A stretch of DNA of 64,000 nt from Anaerolineae bacterium (lineage in GTDB: Bacteria > Chloroflexota > Anaerolineae > JACRMK01): NCBI GenBank assembly GCA_038198935.1, contig JBBPZQ010000003.1:8271-72270 (forward strand), given 5' to 3'. Made by a program: the position numbers and the translations under genes. Positions within the stretch are counted from its first letter, which is position 1; each line of letters opens with the position of its first letter. The notes under the pieces are model-generated. The model made no database searches, had not been told where the DNA came from, and saw only the letters and a list, made by a program, of their open reading frames with translations. This document shows, piece after piece, positions 40,925 through 51,524 of this stretch.

Positions 40925-41017
40925 ATTCTCGGGGAAAGTGGGTTAGCTTGTTGGTTGGTTGATGGTTGCAATCATATGAGCGATTAACCAATCAACAAAT
41001 TAACCAACCAACAAACT

Positions 41018-41443
41018 TCATACTGGCCGAAACTTCGGCAGCGTGATCGCATCGCTCACGTCGTCGTACTGCACGACGACATCCATGCCGACTTTGATCT
41101 TGTCGGGCGACGGGGCGATGCCGACGATGTTGGTCATCAGGCGCGCGCCTTCTTCCAACTCAACAACGGCGATCACGTACGGCACGTCGTTGGCGAACGC
41201 GGCCGTGCTCGGATGGCGACCCATGTTGATCGTGAAGCCGTAAATTTTTCCGCGCCCACTCACGGGCGTCCACTGCAAGTCGCGCGAGCCGCAGTGCGGG
41301 CAGACGGCGCGCGGATAGAATATGAACTTGTGGCACGACGCGCACTGCTGTATCTGCATCGCGTGCGCCTTCACGCTGTCCCAATACGGTTTTGTAAGAG
41401 GATCGGGGGTCGGCAATGGTTTGGGAGGAGTAGGATTGGACAT
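41018..41443 (-). CDS. DUF35 Zn-ribbon/OB-fold protein (thiolase partner)
   Basis: CASC..YPRAVCPHC, SGRGKIYGFT, PYVIAVVELEEG. Confidence 0.9.
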   Translation of the reverse strand: MSNPTPPKPLPTPDPLTKPYWDSVKAHAMQIQQCASCHKFIFYPRAVCPHCGSRDLQWTPVSGRGKIYGFTINMGRHPSTAAFANDVPYVIAVVELEEGARLMTNIVGIAPSPDKIKVGMDVVVQYDDVSDAITLPKFRPV

Positions 41444-41481
41444 GTGACCTCGTTTTAAATTTCAGATTTCAGATTTCAGAT

Positions 41482-42486
41482 TTAACGCTTGCGCGCGCTG
41501 ATGATGCTGTTGCCATCAGGTTGAACAACTCGCTGAATATTTTCAAAGCCTGCTGCGCTCAGCCATTCCCTGTATTCGCCTTCTGTATAGGACTGCCCAC
41601 TGTCGAAGGCGTTCAAGAAATGGAGGTTTAGCGCCACGGCTGTTAGCGGCGATAGGCGTGAGTCGTCAAGAATTCGGCCGATGATGTAGATTGCGCCGCC
41701 CGCGTTGATCGCCCTGCCAAGGTTCATGATACTCTGCCGCGCATCCTCTGGCGAGAGCACTTGAATAAAGAATCTCAACACTGCCGCGTCAAAAGAATCC
41801 CTGAACGCTTCACGCGGCACGTCCATGCAGAGCGTTTGCACACGCTCTGCCGCGCCCGCCTCGGCAATCACGCGCTGCGTAATCGAAATGACGCTGGGCA
41901 GGTCGGCGACGGTCGCGCGTAGATGTGGATGGGCTTCGGTCAATGCAATCGCGAGGCCGCCTGAACCTCCACCGACGTCCACCACCATGCGATACGCCGA
42001 GAAGTCATAATGCTTTGCTAGCGTGCGCCCAGTTGCCATCGCTCCGGCGAGCAGTCCGCGCAACTGCTTTTCTAGGAATTCTGCTGGCGCCGTTGCGTAA
42101 TCGTACTTGGCTTGCGGTGAGTCCGTGCGCACAGAGTCAGCGGTCTTCAAGCCCGTGGGCCATGTCGTTGCATACGAGCCATGTATCGAGCCCATGTAGC
42201 CCGGACTACTGCGCACAAGATAGTAACTGGACTCGCTCGTGTTCGCGAATCGCTCCGCTTCGACCGTCAACAATTCCGCCGCGACCAGCGCACATAATAG
42301 CGAGCGTAGCCTAACCACGCCAACCCCTAGTTTGTGGGCGAGTTGCTCGGCGGTCAGCGGCACTTCTTCCAGTGGCGTGAAGATGTCGAGTTGCATGGCA
42401 GCCAACATCGCAAAAGCAAGCCACACCGAGTTTTCAAGTCGCCGAATCGTTTCTGGCTGGGACGGTGGAATTGCTTGAGTGGGCAC
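41482..42486 (-). CDS. SAM-dependent O-methyltransferase (dimerisation + methyltransferase domains)
   Basis: AAMQLDIFT, VDVGGGSG. Confidence 0.88.
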   Translation of the reverse strand: MPTQAIPPSQPETIRRLENSVWLAFAMLAAMQLDIFTPLEEVPLTAEQLAHKLGVGVVRLRSLLCALVAAELLTVEAERFANTSESSYYLVRSSPGYMGSIHGSYATTWPTGLKTADSVRTDSPQAKYDYATAPAEFLEKQLRGLLAGAMATGRTLAKHYDFSAYRMVVDVGGGSGGLAIALTEAHPHLRATVADLPSVISITQRVIAEAGAAERVQTLCMDVPREAFRDSFDAAVLRFFIQVLSPEDARQSIMNLGRAINAGGAIYIIGRILDDSRLSPLTAVALNLHFLNAFDSGQSYTEGEYREWLSAAGFENIQRVVQPDGNSIISARKR

Positions 42487-43480
42487 GGCTCCCCCTTTCT
42501 CCCCGCTTGCGCGCGCTCATCAAACTGTATCCGTTCGGCAGCAACTCACGTGTCACGTCACTGAAGCCTGCGGCGCTCAACCACGCACGATGCTGTGCTT
42601 CGGTAAACGCCTGTCCGCCATCGTACAGGTTGATGGCGAGCAAGCCGTAGTTCACCGCCGCCGTAGGCGCGAGACCGCTGTCGTCCAGAACGTGTCCGAT
42701 GATATACAGCGCGCCCTCGGGTTTCAACACATGAGCGATGTTTTCAATCGCGCTCTGTGCGTCGGCGGGCGCAAGCACTTGAATGAAGCGATTGCACACG
42801 GCGACATCGAACTGCCCTACAATCACGTCGCGCGTCATATCTGCCGCGATGACGCTCACGCGCTCAGTGCATGACGATTCGCCGACAAACTCATGCGTGA
42901 TGTGCGCGACGACGGCCAGTTCGACAATCGTCGCGCGCAAGTGCGGAAATTTTTCGGCAAGCGTGAGCGCCAGCCCACCCGACCCGCCGCCCACATCGAG
43001 CAGTGAGTGGCACGCCGACAGGTCGCGCGCATTCGTCAAAAGACGCGCCGCCGAGACCGCGCCCGAAAGTGAACCGCGCACGAACGCGCGCAGTTCGTCG
43101 GGCGACATCGTTGCAAAATGGTGCTGCGCTTGCGGCATGTCCAATCGGATAGACTGCGCCGTTTGCAGTTCGGCGCGCCACAGGTCAGCCCATAATTCAT
43201 AGACGCCGCCCATGTACGCCGCTCGCCCGCGCACCAAAAATTGATCGGCTTCGGGCGTGTTCGCAAAGCGCCCGTCATCCGTGCGCAACAACCCCGCCGA
43301 CACCAGCACGGCGAGCAGTGGCTGCAACTTCGTCGCCTTCAAGCCGATGCGCTGCGCTAATTCTTCGGTTGTTAAAGGAGCATCGCTCAACGGCGTGAAG
43401 ACATCCAACTCCATCGCCGCCAGCAGCGCCAACGCCTGCGGCACGGACGCGGACAGTTGTTGGATAGTTGTCGGTTCCAT
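42434..43480 (-). CDS. SAM-dependent O-methyltransferase, paralog of downstream gene
   Basis: AAMELDVFT, LDVGGGSG; start 43480 or 43486. Confidence 0.88.
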   Translation of the reverse strand: MEPTTIQQLSASVPQALALLAAMELDVFTPLSDAPLTTEELAQRIGLKATKLQPLLAVLVSAGLLRTDDGRFANTPEADQFLVRGRAAYMGGVYELWADLWRAELQTAQSIRLDMPQAQHHFATMSPDELRAFVRGSLSGAVSAARLLTNARDLSACHSLLDVGGGSGGLALTLAEKFPHLRATIVELAVVAHITHEFVGESSCTERVSVIAADMTRDVIVGQFDVAVCNRFIQVLAPADAQSAIENIAHVLKPEGALYIIGHVLDDSGLAPTAAVNYGLLAINLYDGGQAFTEAQHRAWLSAAGFSDVTRELLPNGYSLMSARKRGERGSRAHSSNSTVPARNDSAT

Positions 43481-43558
43481 ATCCATATCACCACAAAGAC
43501 ACAGAAGACACAAAGATAATTTTAAACTCTGTGTGCTCTGTGTCTTTGTGGTGAAAAT

Positions 43559-44710
43559 TTATACACGCCCTAAGATGGCCGTTCCCGCCGAACTGAGCAC
43601 ACCACCCGTGCCATGCGCGACGGCGAGCTGCGCGTCCTTCACCTGACGGATGCCTTCGCTCGCGTAGTCGTGGCGCAGTTGGCGCGTCGCCTCGATGATC
43701 GTGAACACGCCGTACATGCCGGGGTGCGTGTAGGATAGTCCGCCGCCGTTCGTGTTCATCGGGAACTCGCCGCCCGGCGCGGTGCGCTGATTCGACACGA
43801 ACGCGCCGCCCTCGCCTTTCTTGCAGAAGCCGAGGTCTTCGAGGGTGAGCAGCACTGTGTAAGTGAATGAGTCATAGATCATTGCGAGGTCAATCTCGTC
43901 GCGCGATACGCCAGCCATCTCAAACGCGCGCTTACCCGATACCGCCGCTGGTCCAGCCGTGAAGTCGTGCATTTGCGAGATCAGCGAGTGGTCAATGCTT
44001 TCGCCCAAGCCGAGCACCACGACTGGATGCTTCTTAAGATCGCGCGCACGCTCCAGCGACGTGAGCACAATCGCGCCGCCCGCGTCGGTCACGAGACAGC
44101 AGTCGAGCAAATGAAAGGGCCATGCGACCCAGCGACTCTTAAGCACATCTTCAATACTTAGTGGTTCGCGATACATCGCTTTCGGATTCAGCGCAGCCCA
44201 CTTTCGCGTGGCGACTGCGATCTCCGCCAACTGCTCGGAGGTCGTGCCGTACAGCGCCATGTGTCGTGACGCCGCCATCGCATACGCGCCGACGGGTGCC
44301 GGCATGCCCCACGGTGCTTCGAATTGGCCGCGAATTGTTTGCGGACCGGATGGGAAGCCGCCCATGCCCACGCGCGAGCGGCCGCTCTCGCCGTGAGTGA
44401 TCAGCGCGACGCTGCATAAGCCGCTCGCAATCGCCGTCGCGGCGTGGCCAACGTGAATCACGAACGACGAACCGCCAACTGCTGTGCCGTCGAGAAACTT
44501 CGGAATGACGCCGAGATATTCGGCCGTTTCCATCGGCGATGCGCCCGCTGTGAAGATTGCGTCCACATCGCGGATGCTCAAGCCTGCTTCGCTCAGCGCG
44601 TTGTGCGCCGCTTCTGCATGCAATTGGATTGCCGACTTGTTCGGCACGACGCCGATCTGATCCGACTCTGCCACGCCGACGATTGCCGCTTTGCCTGAAA
44701 CGTTGTTCAT
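43559..44710 (-). CDS. SCP2/Ltp-type thiolase-family protein
   Basis: AAIVGVAES, DCCLVTDAGGA, YDSFT, NTNGGGLSYTHPG. Confidence 0.9.
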   Translation of the reverse strand: MNNVSGKAAIVGVAESDQIGVVPNKSAIQLHAEAAHNALSEAGLSIRDVDAIFTAGASPMETAEYLGVIPKFLDGTAVGGSSFVIHVGHAATAIASGLCSVALITHGESGRSRVGMGGFPSGPQTIRGQFEAPWGMPAPVGAYAMAASRHMALYGTTSEQLAEIAVATRKWAALNPKAMYREPLSIEDVLKSRWVAWPFHLLDCCLVTDAGGAIVLTSLERARDLKKHPVVVLGLGESIDHSLISQMHDFTAGPAAVSGKRAFEMAGVSRDEIDLAMIYDSFTYTVLLTLEDLGFCKKGEGGAFVSNQRTAPGGEFPMNTNGGGLSYTHPGMYGVFTIIEATRQLRHDYASEGIRQVKDAQLAVAHGTGGVLSSAGTAILGRV

Positions 44711-44807
44711 CAACACGACCTCAAGTATTGATTCACCACACTGACACAGAGCACTCAGAGATTTTTTTGGATTTATTCTGTGTGCTCTGTGTCTGTGTGG
44801 TTAAAAG

Positions 44808-45257
44808 TTAGCCTCGTCTGATAATCGCATCGCTTGCCGCGCGACCGATCTTTTGAATGTGATTCACATCGGGATTGATGATCGTCTCGACCTCGCCCGA
44901 CGACGATTCGATGCGCGCCATGAACGACGGTTTGGCAATCACCGCGAGCACGATGCCAATAATCGAAATGATCAGACCGACCACCAAGCCCGCGCCGATG
45001 ATGATGGGCGCGGTGCTGCCGCGCAGCAGCAGTGCGATTCCAAAACCGATTGCCATCAGCACGATGCCCGCCACGATGAACAGGATGCCGACCGTGCGAT
45101 CTTCGGGGATGCGGCTCATCGCGACGGAGGTGATGTGCGCCAGCGCATACGTCTTGCCGCCGATTACGATGCGTGTGCTGGTGATGAGAACGCCGTCGCC
45201 TTCGTGGAACGTGATTTCGTTCGGCGTGATCGGCAGTTGCACTGAGGTCTGCGTCAT
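44808..45257 (-). CDS. Small membrane protein (DUF6232-like)
   Basis: VLITSTRIVIGGKTYAL..ITSV, two TMs, SSGE. Confidence 0.65.
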   Translation of the reverse strand: MTQTSVQLPITPNEITFHEGDGVLITSTRIVIGGKTYALAHITSVAMSRIPEDRTVGILFIVAGIVLMAIGFGIALLLRGSTAPIIIGAGLVVGLIISIIGIVLAVIAKPSFMARIESSSGEVETIINPDVNHIQKIGRAASDAIIRRG

Positions 45258-46289
45258 CTAGCGCGTCTCGCCGTAGGGCGGCAGGTCAACTTTCCAGAAC
45301 TTCACGCCACTGCCGAGATCGAGCCACGCCGCGTCGGGGATGTCATTGCGGTGCATGTCGAGCCCGACCTGATCCACCGTACCGTCCTCGCGCGCGGTCG
45401 GTTTCTTCAAGCCTTGGCCGAACGTCGTCGGTGCGATCTCGGCGAGCGAGTCCACCGTCCAGCCGTTCTCGTTGCGAATCGTCTTGACGATTTGCGGCTG
45501 CGAAACGAGCGCGTACTGATAGCCCGATGCGGCAAAGCACTGCCCGCTGATGTTCGATGCTTCTTCACTGGCGAGGAACACGATCAGCGGCGCAATGTTG
45601 TCCGGGTCGTGCTCGGTGCCGATGGCGGCCTCGCTCGGCATCTTGCCCATCTGCTGCTGCACCTGCGCCGCCATGCGCGGGATCGAATCAATCATACGCG
45701 TCCACGCGCCGGGCAGGATCGCATTCGCAGTGCAATTGTATGCGCGCATCGAGTTGGCCAGCACCCACGTCAAGCCGAGGATGCCCGACTTGGCTGCCGC
45801 GTAGTTCGGTTGGCCGGGCGCACCGAAACCCGACGATGACGAGAAGTTTATGAAGTGACCCCACTTCTGTTCGCGGAAGCGCGACGAGGCATGGCGGCAC
45901 ACATTGAACGTACCTTTGAGGTGCACCGCGATGACCGCATCCCATTCCTGTTCGTTCATATTGAAGATCATGCGGTCGCGCAAGATGCCGGCCACATTCA
46001 CCACGATGTCAATGCGCCCGAACTCGTCAACGGCTTGCTGGATCATCGCGGCCGCTTGCACGTAGTCAGCCACGTTGCCATAGTTGGCCGATGCGCGTCC
46101 ATCCGCTTCGATGATTTCATTCACGACCTGCTGCGCGGGCGTCGTGTCGCCGCCTTCACCCGCCAACGATACGCCGAGGTCGTTCACGATCACGGCTGCG
46201 CCCTCCTTCGCCAGCGCCTTCGCAATGCCGCGCCCAATGCCGCGACCTGAACCTGTCACAAGTGCAACTTTGCCGTCGAGTCTGCCCAT
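45258..46289 (-). CDS. Short-chain dehydrogenase/reductase (3-hydroxyacyl-CoA dehydrogenase-like)
   Basis: TGSGRGIG, VNDLG, AGILRD, NYAAAK. Confidence 0.9.
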   Translation of the reverse strand: MGRLDGKVALVTGSGRGIGRGIAKALAKEGAAVIVNDLGVSLAGEGGDTTPAQQVVNEIIEADGRASANYGNVADYVQAAAMIQQAVDEFGRIDIVVNVAGILRDRMIFNMNEQEWDAVIAVHLKGTFNVCRHASSRFREQKWGHFINFSSSSGFGAPGQPNYAAAKSGILGLTWVLANSMRAYNCTANAILPGAWTRMIDSIPRMAAQVQQQMGKMPSEAAIGTEHDPDNIAPLIVFLASEEASNISGQCFAASGYQYALVSQPQIVKTIRNENGWTVDSLAEIAPTTFGQGLKKPTAREDGTVDQVGLDMHRNDIPDAAWLDLGSGVKFWKVDLPPYGETR

Positions 46290-46406
46290 GGAAACTCCGT
46301 TTCAAGTGTCGGATTTCAGATTGAAACTCAGTGGATGTATGTCTGGTAAAAATTGATGGCTGCGTCATGCGTGATGCGTAACTCGTAACAGATTACGCAT
46401 TTCGCA

Positions 46407-47438
46407 TCAGAAGCGTTTCGTCTCGAAGTATTCGCCCCAGCGCCAATACTTCACGCCGGGCGCAGGCTCGTGCCACGACGATTGTTCTTCTTGCAGTTGC
46501 TGCGTGCGGCGCTTCGGTTGTTCTTCGCCGGGTCGCGGCGGCATGGGCGGCAGCGTCAAGCCATCGCCCAGCGTCTTGGGTGCGAGTTCAAACAACTCCT
46601 CGTGCTCGAACTTGTGATCTGCTTTCAGGATGCGCAGTGCCTCGGCGTGCGAGTAGAGATTGAGCGTGTAGCCTTGAATGCCGATGAACTGCCCGTTGAT
46701 GTACTCGGCGTCGGGCGTGGCCAGATAGACGACGATGGGCGCAACGTTGGCCGGATCGGTCTCGGTGCCTTTGAACGCTTCACTCATCGGCTTACCCGTC
46801 TGCTGCAAAATTTGCTGGCCGCGCGGCGTCGAGTCGGTCATGCGTGTGGCGACGAAGCCGGGCACGATCGCGTTCGCGGTGCAGTTATATTTCACCATCG
46901 AGTTGGCGAGCGCGAGCGTAAAGCCGAGGATGGCGTGCTTCGCCGCGCCGTAGTTCGGCTGGCCGGGTGAACCCCACGCCGACACCGACGAGAAGTTGAT
47001 GAAGCGACCCCATTTCTGTTCGCGGAAACGTGACGAGGCATAGCGGCACACGTTGAACGTACCCTTGAGATGGGTGGCGATCACCGCATCCCACTCCGGC
47101 TCGCTCATGTTGAAGATCATGCGGTCGCGCAGAATGCCGGCCACATTCACCACGATGTCAATGCTGCCCAGCTCGCGCACCGCGCGGTCAATCATGTTGC
47201 CAACGGCTTCGTAGTCGGCGACGTTGCTGTAGTCGGCGACGGCGCGCCCGCCGTTCGCCACAATGTCGTCCACTACACGCTGTGCGGGCGACGTGTCCTG
47301 CCCTTCGCCGTGCACGCTCACACCCAAGTCGTTGACCACGACTGCCGCACCCTCTCGCGCCATCAGTCGGCAAATGCCGCCGCCGATGCCGCCGCCGCCG
47401 CCCGTGACTAACGCAACTTTTCCATCAAGTCTGCCCAT
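46407..47438 (-). CDS. Short-chain dehydrogenase/reductase, paralog
   Basis: TGGGGGIG, AGILRD, NYGAAK; ATG 47438. Confidence 0.9.
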   Translation of the reverse strand: MGRLDGKVALVTGGGGGIGGGICRLMAREGAAVVVNDLGVSVHGEGQDTSPAQRVVDDIVANGGRAVADYSNVADYEAVGNMIDRAVRELGSIDIVVNVAGILRDRMIFNMSEPEWDAVIATHLKGTFNVCRYASSRFREQKWGRFINFSSVSAWGSPGQPNYGAAKHAILGFTLALANSMVKYNCTANAIVPGFVATRMTDSTPRGQQILQQTGKPMSEAFKGTETDPANVAPIVVYLATPDAEYINGQFIGIQGYTLNLYSHAEALRILKADHKFEHEELFELAPKTLGDGLTLPPMPPRPGEEQPKRRTQQLQEEQSSWHEPAPGVKYWRWGEYFETKRF

Positions 47439-47533
47439 GCTGTCTCCAATTTTGGTCTTTAGATTTTTGAGTGAAGTGCTGAGTGCTGAGTCCTGAGTAC
47501 AGAACCTAACCACTCAGCACTTGACGCTCAGGA

Positions 47534-47767
47534 CTAGAATTGTGGTGGATTGTGCATCAACAATGTCTTACCGCTCGCGTCGAGATGGAACCATTGCTCG
47601 ACGGGTTCGTGGTTGGCGAACTCGCGCTGCCAGTGAATGTACTGCTGTCCACAACCTGGGCAGTTGTAATTGAACGTCTTCAAGTATACGATGCCTTGCG
47701 CTTGGTCGTCACGCTGTGCGCCTTCGGCGGTCTCAATCACGGTTGAGCATTCGGGACAGTGGTACAT
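47534..47767 (-). CDS. Small Zn-ribbon protein
   Basis: GGAGGA RBS; CPEC...CPGC. Confidence 0.65.
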   Translation of the reverse strand: MYHCPECSTVIETAEGAQRDDQAQGIVYLKTFNYNCPGCGQQYIHWQREFANHEPVEQWFHLDASGKTLLMHNPPQF

Positions 47768-47778
47768 GATTCCTCCAA

Positions 47779-49938
47779 TCAGGCTGGCACGATCAAACAA
47801 TCGAGCGCCTTCGCGCCTTTGCCCTGCTCGAACACGACGAGCGGGTTGATGTCAATCTCGCGCACGTCGTCTTTGAGGTCGAGCACAAGTTGCGAGAAGG
47901 CGATGAGCACGTTGGCGAGCGCATCGAGGTCGGCGGGTTTCGCGCCGCGCGCGCCTTGCAGAATGGCTTTGCCTTTGAGCGAGTCAATCATCTCGCGCGC
48001 GTCGTCTGCGTTGACCGGCGGAATGCGCAGCGCGACATCCTTCAACACTTCGACGAAGATGCCGCCGAGTCCGACCAGCACGGCAGGTCCGAACTGCGGG
48101 TCGCGTGTCATGCCGACGATCATTTCGTGTCCGCCTTGCACCATCTCTTGCACCGATACGCCTTGCAGTTCCGCCTGCGGGCTGTAGCGTTGCGCGTTCT
48201 GCATGATGCGTTCGAATGCCGCGTGCGCTTCAGCCGCGCTTTGCACGTTCAGCACCACGCCCCCTGCTTCGGTCTTGTGCAAAATCTGCGGCGAGACAAT
48301 TTTCAGCGCGACGGGAAACCCGATTTGCTCTGCATTGTGAGCGGCATCTTCGGCGCTGGTCGCCACGCATTCTTTTGTGACTGGAATCCCGTATAGCGAC
48401 AGAATCTGCTTGCCGTCCGTCTCCGTCAGCGCGCGTCCCTTCGCCGTCCGTAACATCTCTCGCGCACGAGCCTCTTGAGCATTCGTCTGTCGTCCACCGT
48501 CCGCCGTCCGCCGTCCACGTTTTCTTTGAAACTCCGCATAGCGAATCAGCGCCGCGACTGCGCGCAAGGCGTTGTCGTAACCCATCATGAACGGAATGCC
48601 GTCCAGGTCAGTAATCGGCTCGACAAGGTCGGGCATGCCCAGCGGCTTGTCGCGGAATGTGCCGGCAGTGCCGCTCACCTTAAGGAAAATCTTATCGGGG
48701 TACTTCTGCATCGCCGCCAGCAACACCTTGCCCGACGCGCTCTGGGCGTCCATGCGCGCATTCGTGCCGAGCGTATGCAGGATGACGTGCATGTTCGGGT
48801 CGCTGCCCATCGCATCAAGCGCGGCGACGTGAATGTGCTGATCGGTCACACCGCCGGGCCCGGTGATGTCGAGCGGATTACTGACCGTGATGTAATCGTA
48901 CAGCACTTTGCGAATGATCGGATAACTTTCATCGGAGAACTGCGGGAACTCTAAGTCGGTATCTTCGGCGATGTCCGCGATCAACGCATTCGCGCCACCA
49001 GAATTCGTCACTGCAGCGACACCCCTGCCCTTCGGCAGCTTGCGCGCGTGCAGCACTGCCATCGTCTCCAGCATCTCGTTGATACTGTTCACGCGCGCGA
49101 TGCCGTACTGCTTCAACACCGCATCCACAATGTTATCGGAACCTGCGAGCGCGCCGGTGTGTGCCTGCGCCAGCTTTTGGCCCGCTGCCGAGCGACCCGT
49201 CTTGAGAACGACAATCGGCTTGCGCAATTTGGCGCAACGTTCCGCTGCGCACAAAAATTTTTCGGGGTTGCGGAACTGCTCGACATACAAGCCGACCACC
49301 TGCGTGTGTTCGTCGTCGGCAAAGTATTCGAGGCAGTCGCCCATTTCGATGTCCACTTCGTTGCCCGAGCTGATCACATGTGCCAATGGAATATAGCGGT
49401 CAATGCACGCGCTCACCACGCCGATCGCCAAGCCGCCACTCTGAAACGCCAGCGACAATTGTCCGACACGCTGCACCGCGCGCTCCGTGTTGGGCATCCC
49501 CGCGAATTTGTACGGTGCGCTCATGTTGCCATAGCAGTTGGGTCCGACGATGCAGATACCGGTGCGCTCCACGAAATCGGTCATCAGTTTGTGGCGACGC
49601 GCGCCTTCCTCGCCGCCCATCTCCGCGAAACCGCTTGTGATAATGTTGACGGCTTTGACACGCTTCTGCTCACACTGCTGCAAAGCGTCAGGTACGAGAC
49701 GCGCGGGCACGGAGACGAGCACGAGTTCAATCGGATCAGGCACGTCGGTTAGACGCGGATAGCACGTCAGACCTTCGACTTCGGGGTAATTGGGATTGAT
49801 CGGATAAGCGCGCGGCGGATTTTTGAGTGAGACGAACTGTTTGAAGATGGTGTTGATGTAGCTCCAATTCGGTGAGACGCCGATCACGGCAACCGACTGC
49901 GGATTCAAAAAAGATTGCAGGGGGTGATCCACTGACAC
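47779..49938 (-). CDS. ADP-forming acyl/acetate-CoA ligase (fused alpha-beta)
   Basis: PQSVAVIG, GPNCYG, QSGG, HTGALAG, HKTEAGGV, DINPL. Confidence 0.92.
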   Translation of the reverse strand: MSVDHPLQSFLNPQSVAVIGVSPNWSYINTIFKQFVSLKNPPRAYPINPNYPEVEGLTCYPRLTDVPDPIELVLVSVPARLVPDALQQCEQKRVKAVNIITSGFAEMGGEEGARRHKLMTDFVERTGICIVGPNCYGNMSAPYKFAGMPNTERAVQRVGQLSLAFQSGGLAIGVVSACIDRYIPLAHVISSGNEVDIEMGDCLEYFADDEHTQVVGLYVEQFRNPEKFLCAAERCAKLRKPIVVLKTGRSAAGQKLAQAHTGALAGSDNIVDAVLKQYGIARVNSINEMLETMAVLHARKLPKGRGVAAVTNSGGANALIADIAEDTDLEFPQFSDESYPIIRKVLYDYITVSNPLDITGPGGVTDQHIHVAALDAMGSDPNMHVILHTLGTNARMDAQSASGKVLLAAMQKYPDKIFLKVSGTAGTFRDKPLGMPDLVEPITDLDGIPFMMGYDNALRAVAALIRYAEFQRKRGRRTADGGRQTNAQEARAREMLRTAKGRALTETDGKQILSLYGIPVTKECVATSAEDAAHNAEQIGFPVALKIVSPQILHKTEAGGVVLNVQSAAEAHAAFERIMQNAQRYSPQAELQGVSVQEMVQGGHEMIVGMTRDPQFGPAVLVGLGGIFVEVLKDVALRIPPVNADDAREMIDSLKGKAILQGARGAKPADLDALANVLIAFSQLVLDLKDDVREIDINPLVVFEQGKGAKALDCLIVPA

Positions 49939-50004
49939 GCTCCTAAAAAGTTCGGTGTGTCTGTTTTACTCAATTATTCGCATCACGTCAAGGTGAATAT
50001 GAAT

Positions 50005-51480
50005 TCACGGCGCGAGCCACAAATTTTTCCCGTTGGGCAGTCGCACATATTTGAATTGATGCGCGCGCGCATAATCCACCAGCGGCTCTTCTAATTCTTC
50101 CGGCTCGTAGCCAAGCAACATGTCGTGCGGCGCACGCGCATCCAAATGTTTGCCGATGTCTTCGATGGTGAAGAGTCCTTGTTGCGCTCGCTCGTCGGCT
50201 GACATCAGCGTACCGACACGATAAGCAAACGGACCCGTCGCGAGTTGCGCATCAATCGGCAAACCAGCCTCAAGCGGATATATCGGCGCGAGCGTCACAA
50301 TGGTTCCCGAGCCTGCGCGCTCGCGCAGCCACGCGCCGACCTGATGCGTTTTAGACGATGTCCATTGATCTGGCATGAACACGAGCGGCACGTTGCGCAT
50401 TACGCTAAAGCCTTGCGGCAATGACATGATGAGCAGTACCAACATCAGCGCAACGCCAACACGACTTGGCTGTGCGCGACACGCGAGTGCGATACTCACA
50501 ATCACGAATGGCAATGCGGAATAATAATATTGTTCAAAGGTTGGCGTGGGCACCAATGCGGCGACGAACATTGCGAGACTGAGCGTGGCAGCCAGCCAGA
50601 ACGGTCGCGACAGGCGCTGGCGAATACCGATCACGAGCGCAACGACGAAGGCGAGTATGACCAACAGCGTGCTGCTCCAACCAATCACGTCCGTCAGCAA
50701 GTACGCGAACTTGTCCGTCAGTGTCATCGCGCGCTCGTACTCGTGCATGAGCCGCCACTCGGTGTTGAGTGCCGCGTATGTCAGGTTGCCAAAGATGAAC
50801 TGCGCTGGCGCAAGCAGGAAGAAGACCAGAATTGGCAGCAAGCCAAGCGCAAGTCCTGCAACCCATCCACCGAGCGCAGTCTTGCGCGCGGACGTGAAGC
50901 ACGCGGACATCACAAGTGGCAACGTCGCCAACACGAACGTCGCGCGCATTCCGATTGCGATTGCCAAGCAGATGCCACTAAGAAAATAATCGCGAGTCGT
51001 CGGCGCGTGCCGCGCGAACAACGCAAAGGCCAACAAGCAGAACAGCAGCGCCGCATCGTGATTCCACGCCAGTCCGCTCGCGTATTGCGTGAGTGGATTG
51101 AGCAGCCAAATCAGTAGCGCAGCGGTCGCGATGAAGATGGCCTGTGCATTGGGCGCGCCGCGCTGCAACACGGAGAACACGCTGAGCATGCCGAGCAGCG
51201 CAGCCGTCACGGAGATCAGTCGTGCGCCGAGCAGCAATTGATCGGTGAAGCGGTACACCAGCGCGTACAGCAGGCTCAGATAAGGCAAATGGAAATACGG
51301 AAAGTCGCGATACGGCAGCAAACCTTGACGAGCCATGAGCCAGCCGCTCGCGACGAACTGATGCTCGTCGTGGTCGAGTGGTTTTGTAAGCGATTGCGCC
51401 AGCAGAAGTAACGTGACGGCGATGAAGAACAGAGACACAAAAATTCGCCGCTCCACGTTCCGCAGTGGAGCGGCGAACAT
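50005..51480 (-). CDS. GT-C-like polytopic membrane protein
   Basis: DHDEHQF, PYRDFPYFHLP, multi-TM; start ATG 51480 or GTG 51456. Confidence 0.72.
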   Translation of the reverse strand: MFAAPLRNVERRIFVSLFFIAVTLLLLAQSLTKPLDHDEHQFVASGWLMARQGLLPYRDFPYFHLPYLSLLYALVYRFTDQLLLGARLISVTAALLGMLSVFSVLQRGAPNAQAIFIATAALLIWLLNPLTQYASGLAWNHDAALLFCLLAFALFARHAPTTRDYFLSGICLAIAIGMRATFVLATLPLVMSACFTSARKTALGGWVAGLALGLLPILVFFLLAPAQFIFGNLTYAALNTEWRLMHEYERAMTLTDKFAYLLTDVIGWSSTLLVILAFVVALVIGIRQRLSRPFWLAATLSLAMFVAALVPTPTFEQYYYSALPFVIVSIALACRAQPSRVGVALMLVLLIMSLPQGFSVMRNVPLVFMPDQWTSSKTHQVGAWLRERAGSGTIVTLAPIYPLEAGLPIDAQLATGPFAYRVGTLMSADERAQQGLFTIEDIGKHLDARAPHDMLLGYEPEELEEPLVDYARAHQFKYVRLPNGKNLWLAP

Positions 51481-51524
51481 ACGAAGTCGTTGCACGGTTT
51501 TCGAGAGGTGACAAGTGACAGATG

